A stretch of 64,000 nt of DNA from Candidatus Nanoarchaeia archaeon (GTDB lineage: Archaea; Nanobdellota; Nanobdellia; Pacearchaeales; GW2011-AR1): NCBI GenBank assembly GCA_041501125.1, contig JBGQNO010000003.1, forward strand, positions 2,399-66,398. The letters are read 5' to 3'. The translations under genes and the position numbers were made by a program. Below are positions 1 to 8,757 of the stretch, piece by piece (positions within the stretch are counted from its first letter, which is position 1; each line of letters starts with the position of its first letter). The notes under the pieces were generated by a model, which was not told the origin of the DNA, ran no database searches, and saw only the letters and a list, made by a program, of their open reading frames with translations.

Positions 1-2
1 GG

Positions 3-3000
3 AATAAGTTTACAGCCAATGATGTTGATGTTTTAATGAACGAGCCTGGAAAACCTACAAATCATGTTGCAAACAATAATACCTTGAGCACTGGCAAAGA
101 CTTTGTCTACACAAGCAATCTTAACAATGTGGTAATAGGAGATGGAATTGGAATGTTTGGGTGTGTTAACTGCAGTAATTTTACTGTGCAGAACATAAAT
201 TCAGCAAACACGAGCTTTGCGGCATACATTGAAGGCGATAATATTACATTCAAAGGCATCAACGGCAGCAGACTGCTTAATGGATTATGGGTTATTGGAG
301 CAGCGCATGTAAACATTACAGATGTAAGACTTGTGAATGGAAACAGCATAGCCCAGCCGCCTGCTGAAATGGGACCGTATCCAGGTCCATATTCGACTTC
401 AAGTGCGTATGGCATTGCAATATATTTGTATAATTCAAATGCCATTATAGTCGGCGACTCATTCAATGTAAGGAATTTGACGCTTCAAGGAGGATTCAAT
501 TACGGACTGGTTGCATTTGGAGGAACGTCATTAGCAGACCAGGGTTTTAGTACAACATTAAATGTTTATAACTCTCTATTCAATGGGAATGGAATAGACA
601 CAAATACAAACTACAGCAACATATCAAACAGTGTATTTATCAGCACCGGTATAAAAATTAACAATGGAACTGGAATTATAGCGGGCAACAATTTCACCAA
701 TAGTGGAATTGAGGTTTATGATTACGCTGTAATCAAAAACAATTTTATGCAGGGAAGTTCTTCATTGACTCTTAACAAGAACAACAGCATTTACAATAAC
801 CTGTTCAATACATCTCTTATTATAAGTTCTGGCGCAGGAAATGACTTGAACAATTGGAATACTACAAAGACTCTTGGAACAAACATAATTAACGGACCGT
901 ATATCGGAGGAAACTACTGGAGAAATTACACTGGAGTTGATTTGACAGGAGATGGAATTGGAGATACCTTATTGCCATATAACTCAACATCTATCAAGAA
1001 CAATGGTGACTGGCTGCCACTTGTTTATCCATTGGGCGCTGCACCAACAATAACAATAATCTCGCCTGAAAATAAGACATATACAAATGCCACAATACTT
1101 GTGAGCATCGCAGCCAATGGAGCAAGTTCAACATGGTTCTTCAATGGAACTGCTAATGAAACATATATCTCGTCAGTTTACAGGAATTTCCCAGAGGACT
1201 CAACAAGATTGATAGCATATGCAAATAATTCAGCTGGACTTTTGAACTATACTAATGTTACATTCTCGGTTGATACGATTGCGCCAACAATCAATATAAC
1301 ATCTCCTCTTAACCAGACATACAATGTAAGCCAGATGTTAATTAATATTTCAAGCAATGGTGCTTATATCTGGTGGAACAATGGCACTGCTAATTCGACA
1401 TACTTAGGCATAGTTTATCAGAATTTCAGCGATGGAAGCCATATGATTTATGCATGGGCAAATGACAGTGCTGGAAATTTGAATTCGACGAGCGTGGTGT
1501 TTAATATTAACACAACAATTTCTCTGCCTGCGCAAATCAATGTCACTCTTATAGCCCCTGAAGATGGATTTTCACAGATAGTAGCTCAAGGAGGGTCAAT
1601 TGCAGTAGACTTTGTGTTTAATGTAACTTCTGCAGGTCAAGTTTCAAACTGCAGCCTGTTGCTGAATAATGTGTTTGCAGCAGCAAACACAAGTATAACT
1701 CAAGGTGGCATCAATAACACAATCTTATTCAACCTTGGCGCAGGAAGCTATGCATGGAAAATCTATTGTACAAATACTTCTGGTGCTCATGGAACATCAA
1801 GCGAGAGAAGTATGTCTATTACATCTAGTGGAGGACCAGGCGGATGTACGCCTCTCTGGAACTGTTCAGACTGGAATACCTGCAGCAATGGCGCGCAAAA
1901 TAGGACATGTGATGATTTGAGAAACTGTCACAATGCAGTTCACTTGCCTCTCAATTGTGTGTATGACAGTGTAAGTAAAACAAGCTGCGTAATCAGCAAG
2001 CCATGTTATGAAAACTGCACTGAAATTTCCAGAGTAAATGAAAACTGGAGCAAATGCATTAATGGCACGCAAGAAAGAATCGCAAATGTAACCTATGAAT
2101 GCGAAGACAATTATCTTTGGAATACTACAACTGATAAATTTACATGCAAAGTTGGCAGTCTGACTGTAAATTATCTTCCAGAGACATTAAAATTAGTTGT
2201 TCCACATAATTCAACGATTGATTTCAGCGTCGATGTGCTTGATGATTCTATACTTGCAGAACCTGACTTGTTGAAGGTTCAGTGGTATGTCAATGGTGTT
2301 AAGGAGAAAGAAGATTCTGCAAGAAGCTTTGCAATAAGTTCAGAGTTTACAAGAGAATTTAATTCAGAGTACACTGTAGTGGCTGAAGTTTCAAACAGTT
2401 ACCTTACACAGATTGTCCAGTGGAATGTTTCAACAATTTATTCAAACTGCACAGAGGTGTGGGAATGCACATGGACTGAGTGTGTAAACAAGGATTACAG
2501 AAGTCCAATGAACTGCAGAGAAGAAAATAATTGCTCAACTAATTTGTATTATCCAAGGCCGGTAAAATGCTATTGCAAGATTACTCCAAATTGTTCTGAT
2601 TGGAGTGTGTGCGGAGCTGAATACACTTACAGTGATTTGGTAGAAGGAAAGTTTAAGTTCCAGGGCTTCCAGGAAAGAGATTGCAATGACAGTGCCCAGT
2701 GCATTAAACATCCGTTCAAGGAGAAGCAATACTGTAATGTAACAACAAACCTCACTGCCAAACCTGCTGAAAAATGCGGCGAGAAATATCTTGAGCTTTA
2801 TGAACAGCCGACTAATGAGCTTGTGGCAAGAATCAGAGAGCAGACTTTGACTAACACTACAAAAGTGTTCATCTCATTTACGCAGGCGAATTTCTCGCAG
2901 TATTGCGCATATTGCTTCAATGGCATAAAAGACCGTGATGAGACAGGCATAGACTGCGGTGGAAGCTGTCCGCCATGCTCCCCATTCACGGACTGGCTAT

Positions 3001-3161
3001 GGCTGATAAGAATCATTGTAGGACTTGGGGCAGCTTATGCTATTGGCAGGCTTGGACCTCAAATCTGGTCTTCAAAGCATCATCGTGAGGGGCTTAAAGC
3101 CAAGCCCGACGAGGAGCTTGAGAGGATATATAGAAAGCTTTTTAAACAGAGAAAGGTTTAA
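3..3161 (+). CDS. Large cell-surface protein, 5' end outside window: NosD-like beta-helix repeats, Ig-like modules, Cys-rich modules, C-terminal TM anchor
   Basis: Frame is open from nt 3 (no stop before Met36) and Met36 is not followed by a signal peptide, so the gene probably starts upstream. GGNYWRNYTGVDLTGDGIGDTLLPYN motif typical of NosD-type beta-helix proteins; very many N-x-S/T sequons; repeated D-T-I-A-P-T-I-N-I-T-SP-like module starts; C-terminal hydrophobic WLWLIRIIVGLGAAYAIG plus basic tail. Confidence 0.6.
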   Translation, partial: NKFTANDVDVLMNEPGKPTNHVANNNTLSTGKDFVYTSNLNNVVIGDGIGMFGCVNCSNFTVQNINSANTSFAAYIEGDNITFKGINGSRLLNGLWVIGAAHVNITDVRLVNGNSIAQPPAEMGPYPGPYSTSSAYGIAIYLYNSNAIIVGDSFNVRNLTLQGGFNYGLVAFGGTSLADQGFSTTLNVYNSLFNGNGIDTNTNYSNISNSVFISTGIKINNGTGIIAGNNFTNSGIEVYDYAVIKNNFMQGSSSLTLNKNNSIYNNLFNTSLIISSGAGNDLNNWNTTKTLGTNIINGPYIGGNYWRNYTGVDLTGDGIGDTLLPYNSTSIKNNGDWLPLVYPLGAAPTITIISPENKTYTNATILVSIAANGASSTWFFNGTANETYISSVYRNFPEDSTRLIAYANNSAGLLNYTNVTFSVDTIAPTINITSPLNQTYNVSQMLINISSNGAYIWWNNGTANSTYLGIVYQNFSDGSHMIYAWANDSAGNLNSTSVVFNINTTISLPAQINVTLIAPEDGFSQIVAQGGSIAVDFVFNVTSAGQVSNCSLLLNNVFAAANTSITQGGINNTILFNLGAGSYAWKIYCTNTSGAHGTSSERSMSITSSGGPGGCTPLWNCSDWNTCSNGAQNRTCDDLRNCHNAVHLPLNCVYDSVSKTSCVISKPCYENCTEISRVNENWSKCINGTQERIANVTYECEDNYLWNTTTDKFTCKVGSLTVNYLPETLKLVVPHNSTIDFSVDVLDDSILAEPDLLKVQWYVNGVKEKEDSARSFAISSEFTREFNSEYTVVAEVSNSYLTQIVQWNVSTIYSNCTEVWECTWTECVNKDYRSPMNCREENNCSTNLYYPRPVKCYCKITPNCSDWSVCGAEYTYSDLVEGKFKFQGFQERDCNDSAQCIKHPFKEKQYCNVTTNLTAKPAEKCGEKYLELYEQPTNELVARIREQTLTNTTKVFISFTQANFSQYCAYCFNGIKDRDETGIDCGGSCPPCSPFTDWLWLIRIIVGLGAAYAIGRLGPQIWSSKHHREGLKAKPDEELERIYRKLFKQRKV

Positions 3162-3172
3162 AAAGTTACCTT

Positions 3173-3736
3173 TTGAAAATGGCTAAATCTTCTTTAAAAG
3201 TACAGAATATTGTCGCGACTACCTCACTTAATGTTTCAGTTCCTCTTACAAAGCTTGCAAGGAGCCACGGCAATACAGAGTATAATCCAGAGCAATTTCC
3301 AGGACTTGTTTTAAGGATTCCAAAGCCCAAGTCAGCAGTTCTTGTATTTAGTTCAGGAAATCTTGTATGCACTGGAACAAAGAGCATTGGACAGGTGAAA
3401 CAAGTGATTAAGGCTGTTATAAGACAGCTGGGTAAGATTGGCATAAGGGTCAAGGACAAGCCAAAAATCAAAGTGCAGAATATAGTTGCAAGCGGCAATA
3501 TTGACATGCGCTTGAACCTGAATCTTCTTGCACTTGAGCTTGAAAATACAGAATATGAGCCAGAGCAATTTCCAGGGCTTGTCTATAAGCTGACAGATCC
3601 TACAGCGACATTCCTTCTCTTTACGAATGGAAAACTTGTCTGCACTGGAACAAAGAACAGGCCGCAATTAGAAGATTCAATGAAAAAGCTTATACACAAC
3701 ATAAAAGAAGCGATTAAGAGAATCAAGCAGCGTTAA
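3173..3736 (+). CDS. tbp: TATA-box binding protein
   Basis: Two TBP repeats: QNIVATTSLN..EQFPGLVLRIPKPKSAVLVFSSGNLVCTGTKS and QNIVASGNID..EQFPGLVYKLTDPTATFLLFTNGKLVCTGTKN. Confidence 0.95.
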   Translation: MKMAKSSLKVQNIVATTSLNVSVPLTKLARSHGNTEYNPEQFPGLVLRIPKPKSAVLVFSSGNLVCTGTKSIGQVKQVIKAVIRQLGKIGIRVKDKPKIKVQNIVASGNIDMRLNLNLLALELENTEYEPEQFPGLVYKLTDPTATFLLFTNGKLVCTGTKNRPQLEDSMKKLIHNIKEAIKRIKQR

Positions 3737-3927
3737 GCGTTCTAATTTATTAATGTTTATTAATGGGAGAATACTCTTTTACATGCGGGAATGTCAACAC
3801 ATTAAGATTTAACGCTGATAAAACGTCGACGGCAAATTTAATGAGCTTTTCATCTTGATAGTATCTTTTGCTATTGTTATTTTAATCAATAGAAATCCAT
3901 TTAAACATCCAGCTTCTTTGTTTTGAT

Positions 3928-5937
3928 ATGGAAGAAAAGAGGACAGAAGAGATTGTTCAGGATGCGCGGCGTTTCTTTGATACTTACAAGAAGGAGATTG
4001 GGCAGAATGTCAAGGATGGAAATATAGTATTCTTGAGTTTCAGCGACCTTGCTTCTGACTCGCCGAATCTTTCTGAGCTTTTGTCTGTTAATCCAGAGGA
4101 AACGCTTTCGATTTTAGAGGTCGCTATGCATGAATTCGGGCTTGTTACAAATCCAAGGATAAGGCTGACAAATATTCCTGACACATTTACAGAAAAAATC
4201 AGGAACCTCAGGGCAAAACACCTGGCAAAATTAGTGCAGGTTGACGGAATAGTAAGGCAGGCAAGTGAAGTTCGTCCGCAGGTGATTAATGCAAAGTTTG
4301 AATGTCCAAGTTGCGGGACTACTATTTCTGTTTTACAAGTTGGCTCTACGTTTAAAGAACCTTCAAGATGTTCATGTGGAAGAAGGAGGGATTTTAAGCT
4401 TGTTGGAAAAAGTATGGTTGATGTTCAAAGGCTTGTTATTGAGGAAAGCCCAGAAGCTTTGATTGGCGGAGAACAGCCAAGAAGAATCTCGGTTTTTCTT
4501 AAGGAAGATTTGGTTGAACCTAGAATGGAGGAGAAGAGCACACCTGGAAGCAAGATACGGGTTATAGGAATTCTTAAAGAAATTCCAAAAACAAACAAGA
4601 CAGGAGGCATTCTGACAAGGTATGACATTGCGATTGAGGCAAATAATGTTATTGCATTAGAGGAAACATTTGAGGAGCTAAATATTTCAGAAGAAGATGA
4701 GAGGCAGATTCATGAGCTGGCTGCTGACCCGAATGTTCTTGAAAAACTTGCATTAAGCATTGCGCCTTCGATTTATGGTTATGAAGAAGTCAAGAAAGCG
4801 CTTGTTTTGCAATTGTTTGGAGGCGTGAAAAAGATAAAAAACGATGGCACCAGGACAAGAGGGGACTTTCATTTGCTTCTTGTGGGAGATCCAGGAGTTG
4901 CAAAGTCAGTCATACTTAAATTTATCTCAGGAATTGCTCCAAAAGGAAGATATGTTGTCGGAAAGTCAGCCAGCGGTGCAGGAATCACTGCAACTGTTGT
5001 CAGGGATGAGTTCATGCGGGGCTGGAGCCTGGAAGCAGGCGCTATGGTACTGGCAAACAAGGGAATTGTCTGCATAGATGAGATGGACAAGATGGACCCT
5101 CAGGACAGAAGTGCAATGCACGAGGCAATGGAACAGCAAACAGTAACAATCAGCAAAGCAAATGTGCAAGCGACATTGAGGGCTGAAACAAGTGTGCTTG
5201 CAGCTGCAAATCCAAAACTTGGAAGATTTAATCCGTATGACACTGTTGCCAACCAGATAGACATGCCTCCTACACTTATCAACAGGTTTGATGTTATTTT
5301 TATTTTGAAAGATTTGCCTGACAGAACACGGGACGAGGCAATTGCTAACCACGTACTGATTGAGCATAAGGAATTTGGCTCGAAACTTAACATGGACTTT
5401 AACTTGTTCAGGAAGTATATTGCATATGCCAAGCAAAAGGTACAGCCGTTTTTGACTGAGGAATCTATTGCTGAGATAAAGAAATTCTATGTGGACTTGA
5501 GAAATATGCCAGTTTCAGGAGATCAGGTAATGAGACCACTGCCAATTTCTGCAAGACAGCTTGAAGCGCTGATAAGATTAAGCGAGGCAAGCGCCAGAGC
5601 AAGATTAAGCGGCCAAGTATCGAGGGAGGATGCAAAACGCGCTATTGACCTGATGAAATATTATCTGACTCAGGTTGGATATGATTATGAGACAAAAACT
5701 TTTGACATTGACAGGATATCAACTGGAATATCGTCAAGCCAACGCGGCAAGATTCTGCTTGTCAAGGACACGATTACAAGACTTGAAACAAGGCTGGGAA
5801 AACTGATTCCTGTGGAAGAGCTTTACAATGAACTTCAGGGAAAGATTGAGGCAAAGGAAGTTGACGAAACCCTTGAAAAGCTTTACATATCAGGGGATAT
5901 ATTCCATCCCAAGAAAGGGTTTGTACAGAGGATGTAA
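3928..5937 (+). CDS. mcm: MCM replicative helicase
   Basis: Zn-finger CPSCG..CSCG, Walker A GDPGVAKS, Walker B CIDEMDKM, NRFDVIF arginine-finger region, C-terminal winged-helix-like tail; 669 aa. Confidence 0.95.
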   Translation: MEEKRTEEIVQDARRFFDTYKKEIGQNVKDGNIVFLSFSDLASDSPNLSELLSVNPEETLSILEVAMHEFGLVTNPRIRLTNIPDTFTEKIRNLRAKHLAKLVQVDGIVRQASEVRPQVINAKFECPSCGTTISVLQVGSTFKEPSRCSCGRRRDFKLVGKSMVDVQRLVIEESPEALIGGEQPRRISVFLKEDLVEPRMEEKSTPGSKIRVIGILKEIPKTNKTGGILTRYDIAIEANNVIALEETFEELNISEEDERQIHELAADPNVLEKLALSIAPSIYGYEEVKKALVLQLFGGVKKIKNDGTRTRGDFHLLLVGDPGVAKSVILKFISGIAPKGRYVVGKSASGAGITATVVRDEFMRGWSLEAGAMVLANKGIVCIDEMDKMDPQDRSAMHEAMEQQTVTISKANVQATLRAETSVLAAANPKLGRFNPYDTVANQIDMPPTLINRFDVIFILKDLPDRTRDEAIANHVLIEHKEFGSKLNMDFNLFRKYIAYAKQKVQPFLTEESIAEIKKFYVDLRNMPVSGDQVMRPLPISARQLEALIRLSEASARARLSGQVSREDAKRAIDLMKYYLTQVGYDYETKTFDIDRISTGISSSQRGKILLVKDTITRLETRLGKLIPVEELYNELQGKIEAKEVDETLEKLYISGDIFHPKKGFVQRM

Positions 5938-5957
5938 TTTGTCTGTACAAATCAAGG

Positions 5958-6060
5958 GAGAATTAATAGTAAAACGCTTTTACCCTGATGGGTGTAAGTA
6001 GCAGCATTCATCAAGCAAAAAATGATTGATTGAGCGTTTGAAGATTTTTGTTATTAATGG
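5958..6060. repeat. Conserved intergenic element, copy A
   Basis: GAGAATTAAT..AAAACGCTTTTACCCTGATGGGTGTAAGTAGCAGCAT (core 5971-6007)..TTTTGTTATTAATGG. AAACGCT (5972-5978) can pair with AGCGTTT (6033-6039). Confidence 0.65.
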
Positions 6061-6123
6061 ACAAATGGTTATATAACAAAAAACTATAATTAAATTAATA
6101 AACCAAAAACACAAGTTACAAAC

Positions 6124-6732
6124 ATGTTAAACCCGCGAGCGACTGCATACAAACTGAAAATAGGCGATATTCTGGTAGGAAAGCCTGTTCTGGATGGCGA
6201 AAGATTCAGTTTTCTTGAACTTGGTGACAAGCAGGTTGTAAGGGTTAATATTGTTGCGAATGTAATTGAGAAATATGTTTCTGAAGGCGAGAAACGATTT
6301 GCTTCTTACACTTTAGATGATGCCTCTGGACAGATTAAGGCGAGGATTTTTGGCGATGACATCAATTCATTTCAGGGAATTGAGCAAGGACATACTGTTC
6401 TTGTTATTGGCTTGTTGAGAATGTTCAACAATGAATTGTACCTGCTGCCGGACATAATGAGAACTCTTGACCCAAGATATCTGCTGATAAGGAAACTTGA
6501 GTTTGAAAATGGAGTGCCAAAGCCAGTTGACAAGGCTGAAGTAAAGGCATTGAAAGACAATATTATTGATGCAATAAAGAATGCAGAACAAAGCAATGGA
6601 ATTGAGTGCGAGGAATTGATAATGACATTAAAGACATTCACGCCAGACATGATAAACCAGGAAATTCACAAGCTTCTTGAAGAAGGTTTGATATACGAGC
6701 CGCGTCCGGGCAAATTAAGGTTCTTGGGCTGA
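6124..6732 (+). CDS. RPA32-like OB-fold plus C-terminal winged-helix protein (putative ssDNA-binding subunit)
   Basis: OB-fold pattern VRVNIVANVIEKY..YTLDDASGQIKARIFGDD..GHTVLVIGLLRMFNNELYL, C-terminal wH-like ELIMTLK..IHKLLEEGLIYEPRPGKLRF; directly downstream of mcm. Confidence 0.5.
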   Translation: MLNPRATAYKLKIGDILVGKPVLDGERFSFLELGDKQVVRVNIVANVIEKYVSEGEKRFASYTLDDASGQIKARIFGDDINSFQGIEQGHTVLVIGLLRMFNNELYLLPDIMRTLDPRYLLIRKLEFENGVPKPVDKAEVKALKDNIIDAIKNAEQSNGIECEELIMTLKTFTPDMINQEIHKLLEEGLIYEPRPGKLRFLG

Positions 6733-6760
6733 TGAAAACAAATCTTTATAAATAAGTTTA

Positions 6761-7420
6761 TTGTATTTATTGTACATGGATACAGAAGAAAAAAAAGATT
6801 CTAATGACTCTGATGGGAATTTGACATTAAGAGACATGAAAAGAAAACCCATATTTAAAGATATATTCTTAGAAACAGGGCATCCAGAGCATGCTATTAA
6901 CAATATAAAGGAACAATTAGAAGATATCGGTTTTGATATTGAAGATGAAGATTCTTCTGTTTCTAATGATGACGTTGCAGAAGGAGTTAAAACTTACTCT
7001 GCAAATATTGATTCTGAAAGAACAGAAAAAGAATATAGAGACAATGCTAAAACCTATAAAACCTATTTTTGGATAGGTCTTGGTGTTTCTATCGTTTTAA
7101 CTCTCTTAGTCTTTGCCGAAACCTTTTTTATTGGCTTGGCTTTAATAGCTTGGATATCAACATTTATCTTAAAATGGCTATCTACTCCAAAAATAAAAAA
7201 AGATTATATCTGGTTAAAAATTAAAGGAAAAATTTATTCTGGGACTAAAGCAAGAGAAACTAGAGATTCTGGTAAAAATAACGCAGGAGTAACGAGAACT
7301 GCTTCAACTGTTTATGTTTATTCTGAATTAACTATTTCTATTGCGGGGGATTCAGATATAGATATTAAAAGAGTTAGGGATGATGTAACTACTTTATCAA
7401 AATATATTCAGAAATTATAA
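6761..7420 (+). CDS. Hypothetical membrane protein (acidic N-terminus, two TM helices)
   Basis: Track ORF; hydrophobic stretches YFWIGLGVSIVLTLLVFAETFFIGLALIAWISTFIL; no recognisable family; locally very AT-rich. Confidence 0.35.
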   Translation: MYLLYMDTEEKKDSNDSDGNLTLRDMKRKPIFKDIFLETGHPEHAINNIKEQLEDIGFDIEDEDSSVSNDDVAEGVKTYSANIDSERTEKEYRDNAKTYKTYFWIGLGVSIVLTLLVFAETFFIGLALIAWISTFILKWLSTPKIKKDYIWLKIKGKIYSGTKARETRDSGKNNAGVTRTASTVYVYSELTISIAGDSDIDIKRVRDDVTTLSKYIQKL

Positions 7421-7531
7421 AGAAAATAAAATATATCTAATTATGGACAGAAAATTTTTTAGCATTCTTTTATTCTCCAATCAATTTTACCTGTTTGATT
7501 AACTTTAAAAATCATCTAAATATGTATAGAC

Positions 7532-7945
7532 ATGGAAGATTATGAAAAACTGCTTGAGAGCGCGTACCAGCAGGTAAAGCCGATAACCAGCACTGGAATA
7601 AGGTTTGACGTGCCGAAGGCCAAGAGTGTTATTGAAGGTTATAAAACAATATTCGTGAATTTTGGTGAAATCTGCAGTTATCTTAAAAGGCCGAAAGCCC
7701 ATGTTGAAAAGTTCCTGGAGAAAGAGGTTGCAATTCCAGGCAAGATTGATGGCGACAGGCTGATTTTTGCAGGAAAAGTTTCTGGTGTAAAGCTTGATGA
7801 TAAAATCAAGGAATACATCAAGGAATTTATAATCTGCAAGGAATGCGGGAAGTATGATACAGAACTTGTAAAAGAAGGAGGACATTTCTATTTTGTGCAC
7901 TGCCTGGCATGCGGTGCGAAGCACGCTGTTTCTTATAAAGCGTAA
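7532..7945 (+). CDS. eif2b: Translation initiation factor aIF2 beta subunit
   Basis: 137 aa, eIF2-beta/eIF5 layout with C-terminal zinc ribbon CKECGKYDTEL..VHCLACGA. Confidence 0.85.
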   Translation: MEDYEKLLESAYQQVKPITSTGIRFDVPKAKSVIEGYKTIFVNFGEICSYLKRPKAHVEKFLEKEVAIPGKIDGDRLIFAGKVSGVKLDDKIKEYIKEFIICKECGKYDTELVKEGGHFYFVHCLACGAKHAVSYKA

Positions 7946-8000
7946 AGGCTTTTATGATAACTTTAAATATTGACGAGCCTTATTGTTATTAAGATTTAAA

Positions 8001-8573
8001 ATGAAAAACGCAATTTTGATTTTAGTGACTGGCTTGATTTTAGCCAGTTTTGTGGCAATTGCTGAAAATGCCGATAACATGCAGTCCGGTGACATAACTG
8101 GGCTGGCATCTGCAAAAATTGCAGCAGGGCATTATTTGAGCGACAATGGAAAGAGTTTTGAAATTAGCAGCACAGGAGACAGGATACAGCTTAAGATAAA
8201 AAATCTAACAGCAGAAACTGACCTGAATATAACTGCTGAAGAGACAGATAATGAAACAACATTGAAAGTTAAGCTTTCGAATGGAAAGGGTGCAGAGATA
8301 AAAGTTATGCCAGATACAGCTTCTGAAACAGCCCTGGCAAGACTTAGAATAAAGGTTTGCAATGAGTCAAACAACTGTACAATTGTTCTGAAGGAGACAG
8401 GAACAGGCAACCAGACAAGATTGACATATGAAATGTCAGCACAGCAGTCTGCAAAAGTTCTGGGTTTATTCAAAACAAAGATGTCAGTAGAGGCTCAGGT
8501 AGATGCAGAAACCGGCGAAGTTATCCAGTCTAAAAGGCCATGGTGGTCATTTTTAGCAGTACAAAGCCAGTAA
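8001..8573 (+). CDS. Secreted hypothetical protein (PepSY-like C-terminus?)
   Basis: ATG at 8001 gives signal-like MKNAILILVTGLILASFVAIA (track start at 7983 is TTG); C-terminal ..KMSVEAQVDAETGEVIQ resembles PepSY-type motif; weak. Confidence 0.4.
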   Translation: MKNAILILVTGLILASFVAIAENADNMQSGDITGLASAKIAAGHYLSDNGKSFEISSTGDRIQLKIKNLTAETDLNITAEETDNETTLKVKLSNGKGAEIKVMPDTASETALARLRIKVCNESNNCTIVLKETGTGNQTRLTYEMSAQQSAKVLGLFKTKMSVEAQVDAETGEVIQSKRPWWSFLAVQSQ

Positions 8574-8575
8574 AC

Positions 8576-8596
8576 TTTTTCTTTTTTTCTTTTTTT
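8576..8596 (+). terminator. Oligo-T tract after secreted-protein gene
   Basis: TTTTTCTTTTTTTCTTTTTT immediately after stop at 8573; archaeal terminators are oligo-T runs. Confidence 0.4.
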
Positions 8597-8600
8597 AATG

Positions 8601-8658
8601 TCAGAAATTAAACCACAGCATTTATGCTGTGGAACTATCTTGCATATTTAATTTCTGA
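8601..8658. repeat. Palindromic hairpin element, TCAGAAATT family copy 1 (12-bp outer stem with nested 8-bp hairpin)
   Basis: TCAGAAATTAAA (8601-8612) pairs with TTTAATTTCTGA (8647-8658); inner CCACAGCA-TTTA-TGCTGTGG at 8613-8632. Confidence 0.6.
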
Positions 8659-8685
8659 GCATCCAAAAAACAAGGGCTTTACAAA

Positions 8686-8705
8686 CCACACCTTTTAAGG
8701 TGTGG
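8686..8705. repeat. 7-bp stem hairpin CCACACC-TTTTAA-GGTGTGG
   Basis: Read directly; starts with the same CCACA as the inner hairpin at 8613. Confidence 0.5.
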
Positions 8706-8757
8706 TGCCCATTGTTTTTTTGATAAGCTTTAAAAACAGATTTCTCTTCTATGAAAC

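Noticed and set aside
5971-6007. Interpreting the conserved intergenic element as a C/D-box sRNA because of CTGATGG
   Set aside because: There is no proper RUGAUGA/CUGA box pairs with D' and C' at the expected spacing, and copy C lacks the TGATG entirely.
3737-6123. Replication origin next to mcm
   Set aside because: I saw no ORB or mini-ORB-like repeats and no orc1/cdc6 gene. The spacers are instead explained by the repeat element and promoters.
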